Assembly: GCA_014905635.1 (NCBI GenBank)
Contig: JABVCE010000032.1
Span: 1 to 64,000 of the forward strand
DNA: 64,000 bases
Origin: Scenedesmus sp. PABB004
Lineage: Eukaryota
Direction: 5' to 3'
Below the pieces are notes generated by a model. It did not search any database. It was not told where the DNA came from and worked only from the letters and a program-made list of their open reading frames with translations. A program made the position numbers and the translations under genes. Below, piece after piece: positions 36,571 through 48,356 of this stretch. Numbering within the stretch: the first letter of the stretch is position 1; each line of letters begins with the position of its first letter.

Positions 36571-36810
36571 ACCCACTCACATGCGAGGCGCCGCGTGCTG
36601 CGCCGCCGGCTGCGCCCGGGGCGGCGGCACGTGCGCCGGCCCCATAGACCGGCGCGCCTGGCAGCGACGTGCGCAATGCTGAACCCCTCCGTCTGGCGGC
36701 GCTCGGGGCACTTGGGGACGGGGAGTGCGTGCATTCATCCGGTGCCAGCCCACCAGGCGCGGCTGCAGCTGAGGAAGGAAGATAGCGCGGGGGCCCGCAG
36801 CCGCGGCCCT

Positions 36811-38214
36811 GAGGCCGAGGCCCTCGCGGACGACATCGCGGTGCTCGACCTGGATGCGCTGCTCGATGCCCCGCGTATGTCAGGCGATGGCGCTGCGGCG
36901 CTTTCTCGGCCTGCCAGGGGAAGAGTGGTGCGTGGTGCGGCTGATTAACAGCGAGGGCGATAGCCTCTTCGGGCTGTTGGCAGACATGCTGGGCGCCGCG
37001 CCGGAGTGCCGGCGCCGCGCGCATGGTGTGGCGGCCCTCCGCCGGCATTCTGAAGGAGGAGGGGCGTGGGAGGTGGAGGCGCAGGCCCCGCCCGGCGCGG
37101 GGGGCACGAGCGCCGCCGGCTCGCCGCTGTCGGCACAGGCGGAGGAGCCCGGCGGCGCGTCCGCTGGGGCACAGCAGCTTGCAGTCGTGTGTGAGTGCGG
37201 GGTGCAGTTCCACGCCAGCCCCGGGGCGGGCCAGAAGATGGGCTTTTACGCCGACCAGCGCGCCAACCGCTCTGCCATCGCGGCGCTGGCGGCCGGGAAG
37301 AGCGTGCTCGACCTGTGCTGCTTCAGCGGCAGCTTTGGCCTCCACGCCGCGGCGGCCGGCGCGGCGGCGGTCACAGGCGTCGACTCGTCACCCGTGGCGG
37401 TCGAGCTCGCCACCGCCAACGCGGCGCTCAACGGCTTGTCGGACAGGTGCGGCGCGGCGGGCCGCCGTGTGTGTGTGGGGGGGGGGGCTTCGCTCCCGGT
37501 CCGCGGGCGCTCGCCTGGCTGCCGCGCGCCCGCCCGGGCAGTGGCGCGACCGCCGTTTTTGTGCGTCGCAGGTGCGTTTTTTTAAGGGATGACGTGGTGA
37601 CGTCCCATCGACGTGGGCAACGCCCACAATGAGGTCGTCATCGATCCACCCAAGCTGGGTGCGGGGCGCGTGCGCAGGCGCTGCGCCCGCCGTGCGGTCG
37701 CCGCGCCGCCGCCTCACCACTCCCCGGCCGCGCCGCCGGGCGCCGCAGCCCCCAACAAAGCCCCCTTCCCGAGGGCGCCGAGCAAGTACAGGTGGGGGGC
37801 TGCGCGCGGCGGTCGAGCTCCGCTGCTCGCCGGCCAGCGTGTGCAAGAGGCTGGGGCAGCGCCGCGGCCGGCGCCCCGATCGGGGGCCAGCTGCTGAGAT
37901 GCGGCGCCCCCCCCCCCCCCGTCCCCTGCCCCGGTGTGCGGTAGGCAGCTGCCTACCGCACACCGGCCTGTTGAGCTGCAGCTCAACAGGCTCGCCCTCG
38001 GGGTCGTCCGCCCCGGCGGCGTGCTGCTGACCTGCTCGTGCAGCGGCGCAATGACCCAGAGCGGCGGCCTGGCCCGCATCGTCGCCGACGCGGCAGCAGA
38101 GGCGGAGCATCAGACCACGCTGCTGGCGACGCCTGGAGCGGCGCCAGACCACCCGTGCACCCGGGGCACCTTGAGGGCGCCAACCTCACCGCGCTCATGT
38201 TCCGCGTGCTGTGA
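36811..38214 (+). pseudogene. 5'-truncated duplicate of RlmI-like pseudogene
   Basis: Copy of 28284-29690 starting mid-exon at the duplication junction. Confidence 0.85.
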
Positions 38215-38636
38215 GGCGCGCGCTGCGTGCCGCGCGCTGTGTCCCTCGGGGCGGCGGCGCGTGCTGCGAGGCGCACCGCGCGCTGCGCGCTGGCGGCGCC
38301 CGGGGCAGCGGCACATGCTGTGAGGCGCTGCGCACTGCGCCGCCGGCGGCGCTCCAGGGCGCCGGCGCGCGCGGGCGGGGCCTGGCGGCAACCCTCGACT
38401 CATGTTCCGACCGTGGGCCGCGCTGCGGCGCCGTTCGCCGTGCGCTGAGCGCTGGGCCGCTTCGGGGCCGAGCCGGCCCACCCGCACGGCCACTGCGGCG
38501 CTGCGCCAACAGCCGCGGCATGCGCAGGCCCCGCACCACCGCCGGCCGGGCGCGAGCAGCGCGCCAGGGGCAGCCAGCCGGCGGCCCGCCGCCGCCCGGA
38601 GCAGCGCGCGTCGCGGCGCGCGTGCTGCCGCGATGT

Positions 38637-39219
38637 TGTTGTTGTTGTTACACGCAGGCTCAGTCGGGATTCCCGACTCGGGGCAGGGCAAGAACGAATG
38701 CGTTCTTGGGCGGCACGCTTGGTGCGCACGCGCCATGGGAAAACCGTCAGAAAACCACCCCCTTCACTGCTACAGCGCCGGGCACAGGCCGCAAGGCCCT
38801 AAGCCCCGGGGTCAGTCGCGCAGACGGCGCGCAGATCCCAGCGACGGTCGCTGCAGCAGCCACTAGCGCAGTTCGCGCGCCCCGGCTCTGGTGCTCACAC
38901 CCCGAGGTCGCCCCCGGTAATGGTCCCGCGCCCTTCAAGGGCGGCGCCAATGGTAACAGGATGCCGATGTACAGGCTGACGGCCAGAGGGGCCACCAACA
39001 TCCGAACGCAGTCGCCACAGCTCCGCAACATAGGTCGCTGCCGCCCGCGCCGTATCAGGGTGCGCAAGGCAGGGCCCAAGCAACCACTGCCGTGCGCGCT
39101 GCAGGGCGCCGCGTACTGCCACGCTGTCCGTGTCCGCCGCTGTGCCGGCCGAGTCCGCTGCCAAATCGCCAGCTGCCGCAGCCGCCGGGGCAGGCAACGC
39201 CGGCACGCCGCCTGCGCCC
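38637..39219 (-). mobile_element. Duplicate of non-LTR retroelement fragment within unit R copy 4 (38445-39385)
   Basis: Identical to 30113-30695; TSD cgatgt at 38631-38636 and 39220-39225. Confidence 0.8.
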
Positions 39220-40121
39220 CGATGTGGCTTGGCCGCCGCCGCGCGAGCGTAGCGGGCGACGAGCAAGGCCTGCTGCTGGAGGTGTCGATGCCGGAGCGGC
39301 GCTGCTGCCCGCCGCGCCGGCGGCGCGGCGGCGCTGCTGCTGGCATCCCGCTGCCCGCTGCCGCCCTACAACGATGTGCGCTGCGGCGCGCGCGGCGCGG
39401 GCGGCGCGGGCGGCGGGCGGCGGGCGGCGCGCACGGCGCGTGGGCGGCCTGTTTCCGAGCGACTGCTGCTCGCAGCAGGTGGCGCCGACGCAGCAGGTTG
39501 GCCTGGCGTTGTCAGAGTCATCTCGCCGCCCCGCGAGAATTCTCGGCGGCCGACGCCCGCTGCTCAGACCGGCACTCTGCGGGCTGAACGCTGCGCTCTG
39601 AGAGCCACAGCCACTCCGGCGTCACTGCATGGCTTTGCCAGGTAGAGGTGTGCGCGGCGGGGCCGCCGGCAGCGCAGTGGGGCGGCGGTCGGGGCGAGAA
39701 CTCTGTCTCATCGGCACGCCGCAAACATGCGTGCCCCGGTCGTGCCGAGCGCACGTCGCACCGCGCAGTTCCACAGTAGTATGCCTGTTCGCGCGTGGCG
39801 TGGCGTGTTGAACGCGCTCAGTACCCCCCCGACATCATCATCATAACACGTAGCTTCTTTTAGATCGTCTGAATGAAGTATTAGCCCCCCTCCCCGCGAC
39901 GGTCGAGTGCGGACAAGCCCCGTGCCCTTCCGCAGGCTGGCGCAGCCCCCCTCCCCCCGCAGCCCCCCTCCCCGCGCCCGCTCCCTCGAGTCAGCCACTC
40001 CCTCTAACACACATCGCGCAGACAGCGCCGCGCGGCATCAGCGCGCCCCCCCCCCTCCTCCCCCCCGGGGGCGCCCCTTCCCCCCCCTCCCGCCCTGCCG
40101 GCCCTCTCCGACGCCCAAGTG

Positions 40122-43100
40122 ATGGGGATCTCCCGCTCCCAGCTGGCACTGGCGGGCGTGTTGGCGCTCGCCGCCCTCGGCGCCAGCGCCCGGGCGTCGG
40201 CGGCGCTGGCGGCGGACGGGCCCGGCGACACCGACGCAATCAACACCACCCCACGCGACTCCGCGGCCGCCACGGCCACCGCTGGTCACGGTGGCAAGCA
40301 CGGCCACCATGACCGCGCTCGGCGCTCCCCGGCGCTGCGCTCGCCGGTCACGCTCTCGCCGGCGCCCGGCTCGGCCGTGCTGGAGGTGGAGCTGACGCTG
40401 CGCCAGGGAAGCGTGACGCTCGACACGGTCTCGCCGGGGGAGGTGGGGAACTTCCTGCTGTTCGCGTACCGTGTCGTGAAGGGCGTGGCGGACGGCGGGC
40501 CGCTCGCGGACGAGGCGGGCGTGTACCCAGGCCCGACGCTCAAAGTGCAGCCCGGGCAGACGCTGGTCGTGCGCATCCAGAACGCGCTCTTCAACCTGAC
40601 GATGCAAGACTACTCTGACCCGAGCTACACGCCGGCGGGCCAAGTCGTCCCGTGCGTGCGGGGGGGGGGGGGGCATCAGGCACGGGTCGCTGGCAGCCAG
40701 CCCACGCGCGCGGCAGCAGGCGCGCGCTGCTGGCAGCCAGCCCACGCGCGCCCGCTGCCGCGCCCGCCGGCCGCGCGCAGTCTCTACCCCCCGTCTTTGA
40801 CCTCTTCGCCCTACAACAACCACGTGCACGGGATCCACACGAGCCCGTCGGGGCAGTCCGACAACGTGTATCTGTCCATTCCCCCGGCATGTCCAACACG
40901 TACACGTACTACATCCCCACGGACCACCCGAGCGGCCTGTACTGGTACCACACGCACAGGCACATGTTGACGTCGCCGCAGACGTTCCGCGGCCTGGCCG
41001 GCATGCTCGTCATTGGCCGCGCCGACGGGTACATCCCCGCCGTGACGGAGAATAAGCTCCCGATCCGCGTCATGGCCATCCAGTACAACACCGTGTTTGA
41101 CCGCGCCTGCGCGAGGGGGCGCCGCATCTTAAACAACCCGTACTGGAACTCGGGCATCAACACGTCCGTGGTGCCCGCGCCGGGGGAGCTGGCCGCGGGC
41201 ACCTACCGCCCTCTGCTGACGCCCATCAACTTCCTCGACTCGGCCAAGGGCACGACGTTCATGACGGCGTGGTGGGCGGGGAACCTCAGCGTCAACAACA
41301 ACCGCGGCAAGTTCCAGTGGATGCCGCAGTCGCTCCAGACGTTCACGGACGCCAAGGGCAACGTCGTGCAGCGCGCCCAGCCCAACGCCGACCCCAAGCT
41401 CAGGGACGTGCAGTTCACCATAAACGGCCAGTTCCAGCCGACCGTCTATGACACACAGCGCGGCCAGACGGAGATCTGGGTCTTGGCCAACATGGCCGAC
41501 GCGGCCTACGCCGTCGTGACGCTCACAGAGACGGCGACGGGGAACCACCCCGTCATTTCCATCGTGGGGCAAGACGGCAACCCGCGCGACGATGTTGGTG
41601 CCTCCTTTTTGGACGGGGGCCGGCGCTTGGTGCTGCCGCCCGCCACGCGCTACGCGATCGCCGTCACGATGCCGATGCAGGGCGACTTGGTGCTGGAGAT
41701 GCCGCCGCTCCTAGTGAGCGAGTGGGCGCAGCTCAAGGGGCAGCTCAGCAACCTGGGCATCCTCTATGTCAACGACGGCACGGACAACCCCCCCGCGCAG
41801 CTCGGGAACATCTCCATTGCTGTGAACGTGGTCAACTACTTTGACGGCTTCTTCCTCACGCCCACGCAAGTCCTGCTCACGGCCAAGCCCAATGCAGCCC
41901 GCCCCCCTGTCCCGTCCGTCCCGTTCCTGCAAGGCCAGCCCACAAATGCGTACTCGAGCTTCTGCCAGACGGTCGGCAAGCCCGTCGCGGCCACGCGGAG
42001 GCTCCTCATTACCGGCGGCTTCAATAACGAGCTCGCCAACCCTGAGGACCCCAACGCGTTCACGTACCAGTTCTCGGGAAACCAGTTCCCCAACATTCCA
42101 CTTTTGCAGCCTCGATTGGACTCGATTGAGGAGTGGACGTTCGTAAACTACAACAACGACCAACACCCCATCCACATCCACATCAACGACTTCCAGGTCA
42201 CGGAGATTGTGGACCCGTCGACCAACCCGCCCACACGATCGGGGCCATCAAACTACGGCCAAGATAACATCAACGTCCCCTACCCGAGCGCATCAAACGT
42301 GCCCGGCTCGGTGAGGGCCCTGCTTGCGCGTGTGACGCAGCAGCGCTGCCGCCGCTGGCGTTTGCGCTGACGCTGACTTTGATGCTGTATGCGTACGCTC
42401 GCGCGTCACGGCTGTGCGCGACGCAGGTTTCGCTGCGCACGTGCTTCAAGCAGTACACCGGGGCGTACGTCACCCATTGCCATCGCCTGAACCACGAGGA
42501 CAACGGCCTAATGGCCATCATCAACGTCATCCCGGCTCGCAGCTTTGTGGCGGTCGTGAGCCGTCGCGCTGCCAGCGGCCAAAACCAAACAGCGCGCGTT
42601 GTCGTCACCGTTATCAGCACGGGCGACGTCGGCGGCCCGCGCGACGTCGTCGTGGCCGACGACCTTGAGCCGTTTCCAGGCTACCAGGGCGACCTCGTCA
42701 CAGCCATGGGCGACATTGACGGCGACGGCGTCTTTGACTTGGTTGTGGGCACCAAGTCGGACCGCCGCCCCCGCGTCGCGGCTTGGTCTGGGGCGTCTGA
42801 CTTCACCAAGGCACTGGTGCAGCCCTTCTTCTTGCTGCCCCGCGCCAGCGCCAAGCCCGTGGTGCTCAGCCTTGCCGCGGGCGGATACGTCCTGGGCACG
42901 AACACGTCGGCCATTTCCAACGTCGTCATTGGCATGGAAGGGCTCGTGCGCGTCTACGACTTGCTCGCGAAGAAGGTGGTCTCGTCGTTCTCCCCGTTTG
43001 GGGTCAAGTACGTCGGCCCCGTCTCTGTTGCCACGGGCCAAGTCACAGCGACCGGCCGCACAGGCATCGTCGCCGGGTCGGGGCAAGGGCTCGTCCAGGT

Positions 43101-43611
43101 CTTTGCCTACACGCTGTATGAGCCGCTCTCCGGCGCAACCGAGCCCCAGCCCACGCTGTTGTCGTCCTTCTCTCCGTTTGGCGACACCGTGATGCCCGTG
43201 GCGCTCGCGGCGGGCTGGGTCGCCGGAGACGAGGGCGGCTTCGCACGCATCGTGGCCAGCCACCCCACGCAGAACCAAGTCAAGGTCCTGACGCTCGCGA
43301 GCTTGAGCCGCACGCAAGGCCACCCCGCCATCTACATCACGCCCTTGTCGGACTACTCGCTGGCCGCCGCGTACGTGGAAATGGCCAACTTCACAGTGCC
43401 GTTCGTCCCACCCGGCACGAGCGTGGCGGTGGCCACAGCCAGCCACGTCGGCGGTGCCAGCCTTGTCGTGAGCTCCGTCGGGGCCGACGTCGTCAAGCTC
43501 ACCGAGCTGGTGCGCCCGTCCCCCAACGCCACGTCCCTGGAGCCCGGGCCATTCCACGATGTGTGGGTCGCAAGCGGGGGTGCCGTTGTGCTCCAGGTGA
43601 GCGGGGCGTGA
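40122..43611 (+). CDS. Multicopper oxidase copy 2; apparent 1-nt frameshift at C-run 40881-40885
   Basis: Near-identical to 31599-35088, but C5 replaces C6 in 'tccattcccccggcatg', and there are two Ala-to-Ser changes. Could be a pseudogene or a homopolymer error. Confidence 0.8.
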
Positions 43612-44526
43612 CGACCCAAGCGCCGGAGCCGCGAGCCCGCGCCGAGGGCGGCGTGGTGAGTCACCAACGACGCGGGCTACCTCCTTTTGTCTGCAACACT
43701 TACGCCTTGTTTGATTACAGCTGTTCTTTTTGCTGTTTATAACGTTTTGAACTGCTACATATATCAACGGCTCGAGGGTGGGTGGCTTGGCGACTCCACG
43801 CGAGTGGGCTTGCGCTCGAGGGGGGCCGAGGCATTGCCCCTGCGGGGGTGTGGTGGCCGGTCAGGACGGGGGCACGCAGCGTGAGGTCGTGCGCTGCACG
43901 ACACGGCTGCACGACGAACGGGAGGCCTGTTATAACGGCCTGCCGTGGCCACGGCGGTGCTGTGCGCGGCGCAGCACGGTGTGGTGGGGCGGGCTGACCG
44001 GGCGGCATGGCGGGGCTGGTGTGGCTCTGGGCCTGCACTCTGGTGCGCGCCTCAGACCCGGGGAGGGGGGACTGATGGCATGCACAGGGACTGGTGTGTG
44101 CGGGGCTGCGCGTGCGCTGGCCGCGGCGCAGCCGCAGCGACACGCCCCATGCCAGCGCCGCCGGCGACGCCAACGGCGTCGGCCGTGAGCGCAGCATGTG
44201 GGAGGCTGCTTTTCCTGTTTCTGGTTGCACTGTTCTTGGGCTGACCTGACCTGCTGTCGGGGTGCTGACAGGGAGCGTGCCCGTCAGTAGCCGACCGGGC
44301 AACTCAACAACAACAACAACTCGACGAAGGGCTCGCCCTGCGTCAGCGGGTGCGTCGTACGTTTTCCTACGTTTTCAGAGACACAACATGTCCAAGAGCC
44401 TAACAAACGAAAGCTGCAAACAACGAAAGCTTTAACGACAACCGTGGCCCTCGCCGCCACCGCGCCCCGCGCCGGCGCCTGCAGCCGGCCTAGTTGTAAC
44501 GCCAATGACTTTGCACATCTGGAGCT

Positions 44527-45040
44527 GCTTCCGCAGCGGCTTTGAACGGGGGCGGCAGAGGGAGGAGGGCCAAGGGCCGCCACACGCGCAGCACCGGTGC
44601 TCACGCGCGCCACGCCTCGCCGTGGCAGGCCACCCTGCAGCTGCAGCTGCCCCCCCCCTGGACCGCCTCAACCGCCCCGCGCCGCCGCGCCTGCAGGAAA
44701 CCAGGCAGCGCGGTGCGGCACGGCCGCCGCGGGCGAGGCAAGCCGCGCGCCGGTGCTGCGCAGCAGCTGGCGCTTGAGGCGCAGCTCCACCGCCCCCACA
44801 CGCAGCCGTGCCAGGTGCCCAACGCGCTGCTCGTTCAGGCGTGCGGCCCCGTGGGCGGTGTGAGCGTGCTGGCGGCCAGCCACAACGGCCGCTGGCTCGC
44901 AGAGGCGGCTGGCGATGCTGTGGGGCGCTATCAGGTGCGCGTGCCGCCGAAGCAGTGCGGCGCCGGCGCGCTGCTGGCCTCGCACGCGCGGCTCCCCCCC
45001 CCCACACACACACACAAACACACCCACCCACATGCACCCA
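44527..45040 (+). pseudogene. Scrambled AHI1-like fragment (copy 2)
   Basis: Duplicate of 36055-36570. Confidence 0.85.
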
Positions 45041-45320
45041 CCCACTCACATGCGAGGCGCCGCGTGCTGCGCCGCCGGCTGCGCCCGGGGCGGCGGCACG
45101 TGCGCCGGCCCCATAGACCGGCGCGCCTGGCAGCGACGTGCGCAATGCTGAACCCCTCCGTCTGGCGGCGCTCGGGGCACTTGGGGACGGGGAGTGCGTG
45201 CATTCATCCGGTGCCAGCCCACCAGGCGCGGCTGCAGCTGAGGAAGGAAGATAGCGCGGGGGCCCGCAGCCGCGGCGGCAGCCGCCTCCCGCAGCAGCAG
45301 CAGCGGCGGCGGCGTGCGCG

Positions 45321-45950
45321 ATGCTGGACCTCAGCGCCTGGCTCTCCTGGAGCGGGCTGCTGCAGCTCCTGGCGGGTGCGTGGCTGCTGAACACCATCTG
45401 GCAGAGCGGCCAGGCGCAGCGCCAGCGCGCGGCGCCTTCGGGCGCGGGCGGGCCGGGCGGCCCGCGCCTGCCGCAGCGCGCGCCGGCGTCGCCGTCTTCG
45501 CCCCTACAGACCGGTGCGCCGAGCGGCGAAGCACCCGGCGAGGCGGAGCAGGTGCGGCGGCCGCGCAGCAGCGGCGCTGCCGCCGGGCCGGCGTGCGCGC
45601 GCGGCGGGGCCTGGCGGGGCGCGGCGCGCGGTGGATTGCGCGCCGCCGCATGGGCTGAGGCCATGCTGTGGCTGGCCTAGCGCTGGGCGAGGCGGCATCG
45701 CCGCCGCCGCCCCTCGCCGCCGCCGGCCCACGCCCACGCGGGCCGGCGCCGCGGCTGCTGCGCAGAGCGAGGATGCCGGGCTGATGGCGGAGGTGCTGGC
45801 CGACTACCTGGCCAAGGCGGAGGCGTACCGCAGCGACCTGGGCGACAAGCGGCTGACGGTGGAGCATATGGTGCTCGCCATGGCAGAGGTGGGCTGGGCG
45901 CCGCGCGCCGGCGGCGGCGGCAGGGGCAGGGCGGCAGCAGGGGCAGGGGC

Positions 45951-45992
<42 letters not shown>

Positions 45993-48314
45993 GGCGGCAG
46001 GGCCGCTGCCCGCGCGCACAGGGCCCGCGGCTGCGGAGGCAGCGCAGGGCGCAGCGGCGCCCCGCTCGCCGCGCCCGCACACGTACGAGTGCGCGCCGCA
46101 CCGCGCAGGACCCGCGCTTTGGCGAGATCATGTCTGTGGCTGAGGGCCTGGACAGCGAGCAGATCAAAAAGGCCATCCGCAAGAGCCGCGTCGTCTACAA
46201 CCGCGGCGGCGCCGACGAGGCCGCGGCACCCGAGCCGGGTGCGCAGCACGCAGCATGCGACGGGGGGGGGGGGGGGGGGGGCAGCGTGTAGCGCGTGCAG
46301 CGCGCGCCCTCCTCCCCCGCTGACCCCTGACCCCCCCCCCCCCCCCCGCCGCGGGGGCGTGGCGCGCACGCGGCGTGGCGGCGCGTCGGCGGCGGCGGGT
46401 TAGGCGTGCTGGCCAAGTACTCGCGCGAGCTCACGGCCGAGGCGGGCGAGGGGCGGCTGGACCCGGTGATTGGGCGGCACGACGAGATGCGGCGCCTCAT
46501 TGATGTTCTCTGCAGGCGCACCAAGAACAGGCGCGCGGGGGGGGGGGGGGGGGAGGGAGGAGGGGGGGGAGGGGAGGGAGGAGGGGGCAGGGCGGCAGCG
46601 AGCAGCCAGCGGCTGGCCGCCCTGTGAGCCCCCCTCCTCCGCCCGCCGCGGCCGCGGTCGCCGCCGCCGCCGCCGCCGCGCAGCGCGGTGCTGCTGGGCG
46701 AGCCGGGCGTGGGCAAGACGGCCATCGTGCAGGGCCTGGCGCAGCGCCTCGCCGAGGGCGACGTGCCGGAGGTGCTGCGCGGCGCGCGGCTGTACGCGCT
46801 GGAGCTGGGGCTGCTCATGGCGGGTGCGGTCGCGGCGGCGCGCGGCGCCGGGGGGGGGGGGGGGGTGAGGAACCCCCAGGGTTGAGTCGGGGAGGGAGGG
46901 GGGGGGCAGTTGACGCGACGGCCGCCCCTGGCCCTCCCTATCCCTGCCGCCGCCTGCCGCCGCCTCGCCCCGACCTCTGCCGCCGGGCGCACCCAGGCGC
47001 GACGTTCCCGGGCGAGTTTGAGGAGCGCCTGCGCGGCGTGCTGTCCGAGCTGGTCGGCGCGGGGCGGGGCGCGCTGCTGTTCATCGACGACATCCACGCA
47101 ATCACCGGGCCCAACGCGCAGCAGGGCGGCGGCGTGAACGACGCGAGCGTGCTGCTCAAGCCCCTGCTCGCGCGGTGCGGCGCGCGACACGGCCGCGCGC
47201 GGGCGCGGCCGCCCTCCCTCGCCTCCCCCCCCCCCTCCCCCCCCCCCCCCCCGCACACACGCCGCCGCCCCGCCGCGCCCGCACGAGCTCGCCGCCGCCC
47301 CGCCCCGCCCCGCCGCGCACTCACGCGCCCGCTGCCGCCCCGCGCCGCGCGCAGCGGCGAGGTGCGCGTGCTGGGGTGCACGAGCGCCGACAAGTACCGC
47401 AAGTTTATTGAGAAGGACCCCGGCCTGGAGCGCCGCTTCCAGACCGTGGCCGTCGGCGCGCCGAGCGTGGGCGAGACGATGTCGATTCTGCGCGGCCTGC
47501 GGCACAAGTGCGCGGGGGGGGGGGGGGGGCACGCGCCGTGCCACGCTGCGACCTGCGCTCCCCGCCCCGCGCCGCGCCGCGCCGCGCCGCCGCGCGCGCG
47601 CGCCCGACCGCCGCCGGCGCGCGCGCGCGCCCTCGCACGCAGGTACGAGGCGCACCACGGCGTGCGCATCGCCGACAGCGCGCTCGCCGCGGCGGCGCAG
47701 CTGAGCGACCGCTACCTGCCCGACCGGCAGCTGCCTGACAAGGCGATCGACCTCATGGACGAGGCGGCGGCAAAGGTGCGTGCACGCGTGGGTGTGGTGG
47801 CGGTGGTGGGGGGTGTGGGCGGGTGGGTGGGTGGGGGAGGGAGGGAGGGAGGGAGGGGGCGAGGGAGGCTGGGGCGAGGAGCGCGGGGCGTGCGAACGTG
47901 CGCGCATGCGTGCGTGGGAGGGAGGGGCGGGGCTTTGTTGATACGGGGGGGGGGGGGGCTGCACACCCACGCTCTGACAAGCTGGCAGCCTCCCCTCACA
48001 CACGTACACGACCTGTTCCCCCCCCCCCCCACACACACACCGCCCTGCAGGTGAAGACCGACCTGGTGCTTAAGCCCGAGGCCCTGGACAGGGCAGAGCG
48101 GCGCATGCGGTGCGGCGCCACGCAGGGCCGCCTGCCGCCCCGCCCCGCCCCGCCGTGCCACGCCGCGCGCTCAGCGCGGCCGCCGCGCGCTGCCACCGCC
48201 CTCGCAGGCAGCTGCAGACGGAGCGCAAGCTGCTGCAGCGCACGGCGGAGCTGGACGCAGGCGCCGCGGCCGACCTGGAGGGTGCGTCGGGGGCGACTGC
48301 AGCGCGCGCGCGCG

Positions 48315-48356
<42 letters not shown>

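Larger units (their letters stand above)
28284..36807. repeat. Tandem segmental duplication, copy 1 (~8.5 kb)
   Basis: Starts gaggccgaggccctcgcggacg (28284; copy 2 at 36811) and ends gggcccgcagccgcggc (36807; copy 2 at 45276). 3-nt 'cct' filler at the junction. Confidence 0.97.
36811..45276. repeat. Tandem segmental duplication, copy 2
   Basis: Near-identical to 28284-36807. Differences are a few SNPs, homopolymer lengths and the missing 51-bp insertion. Confidence 0.97.
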
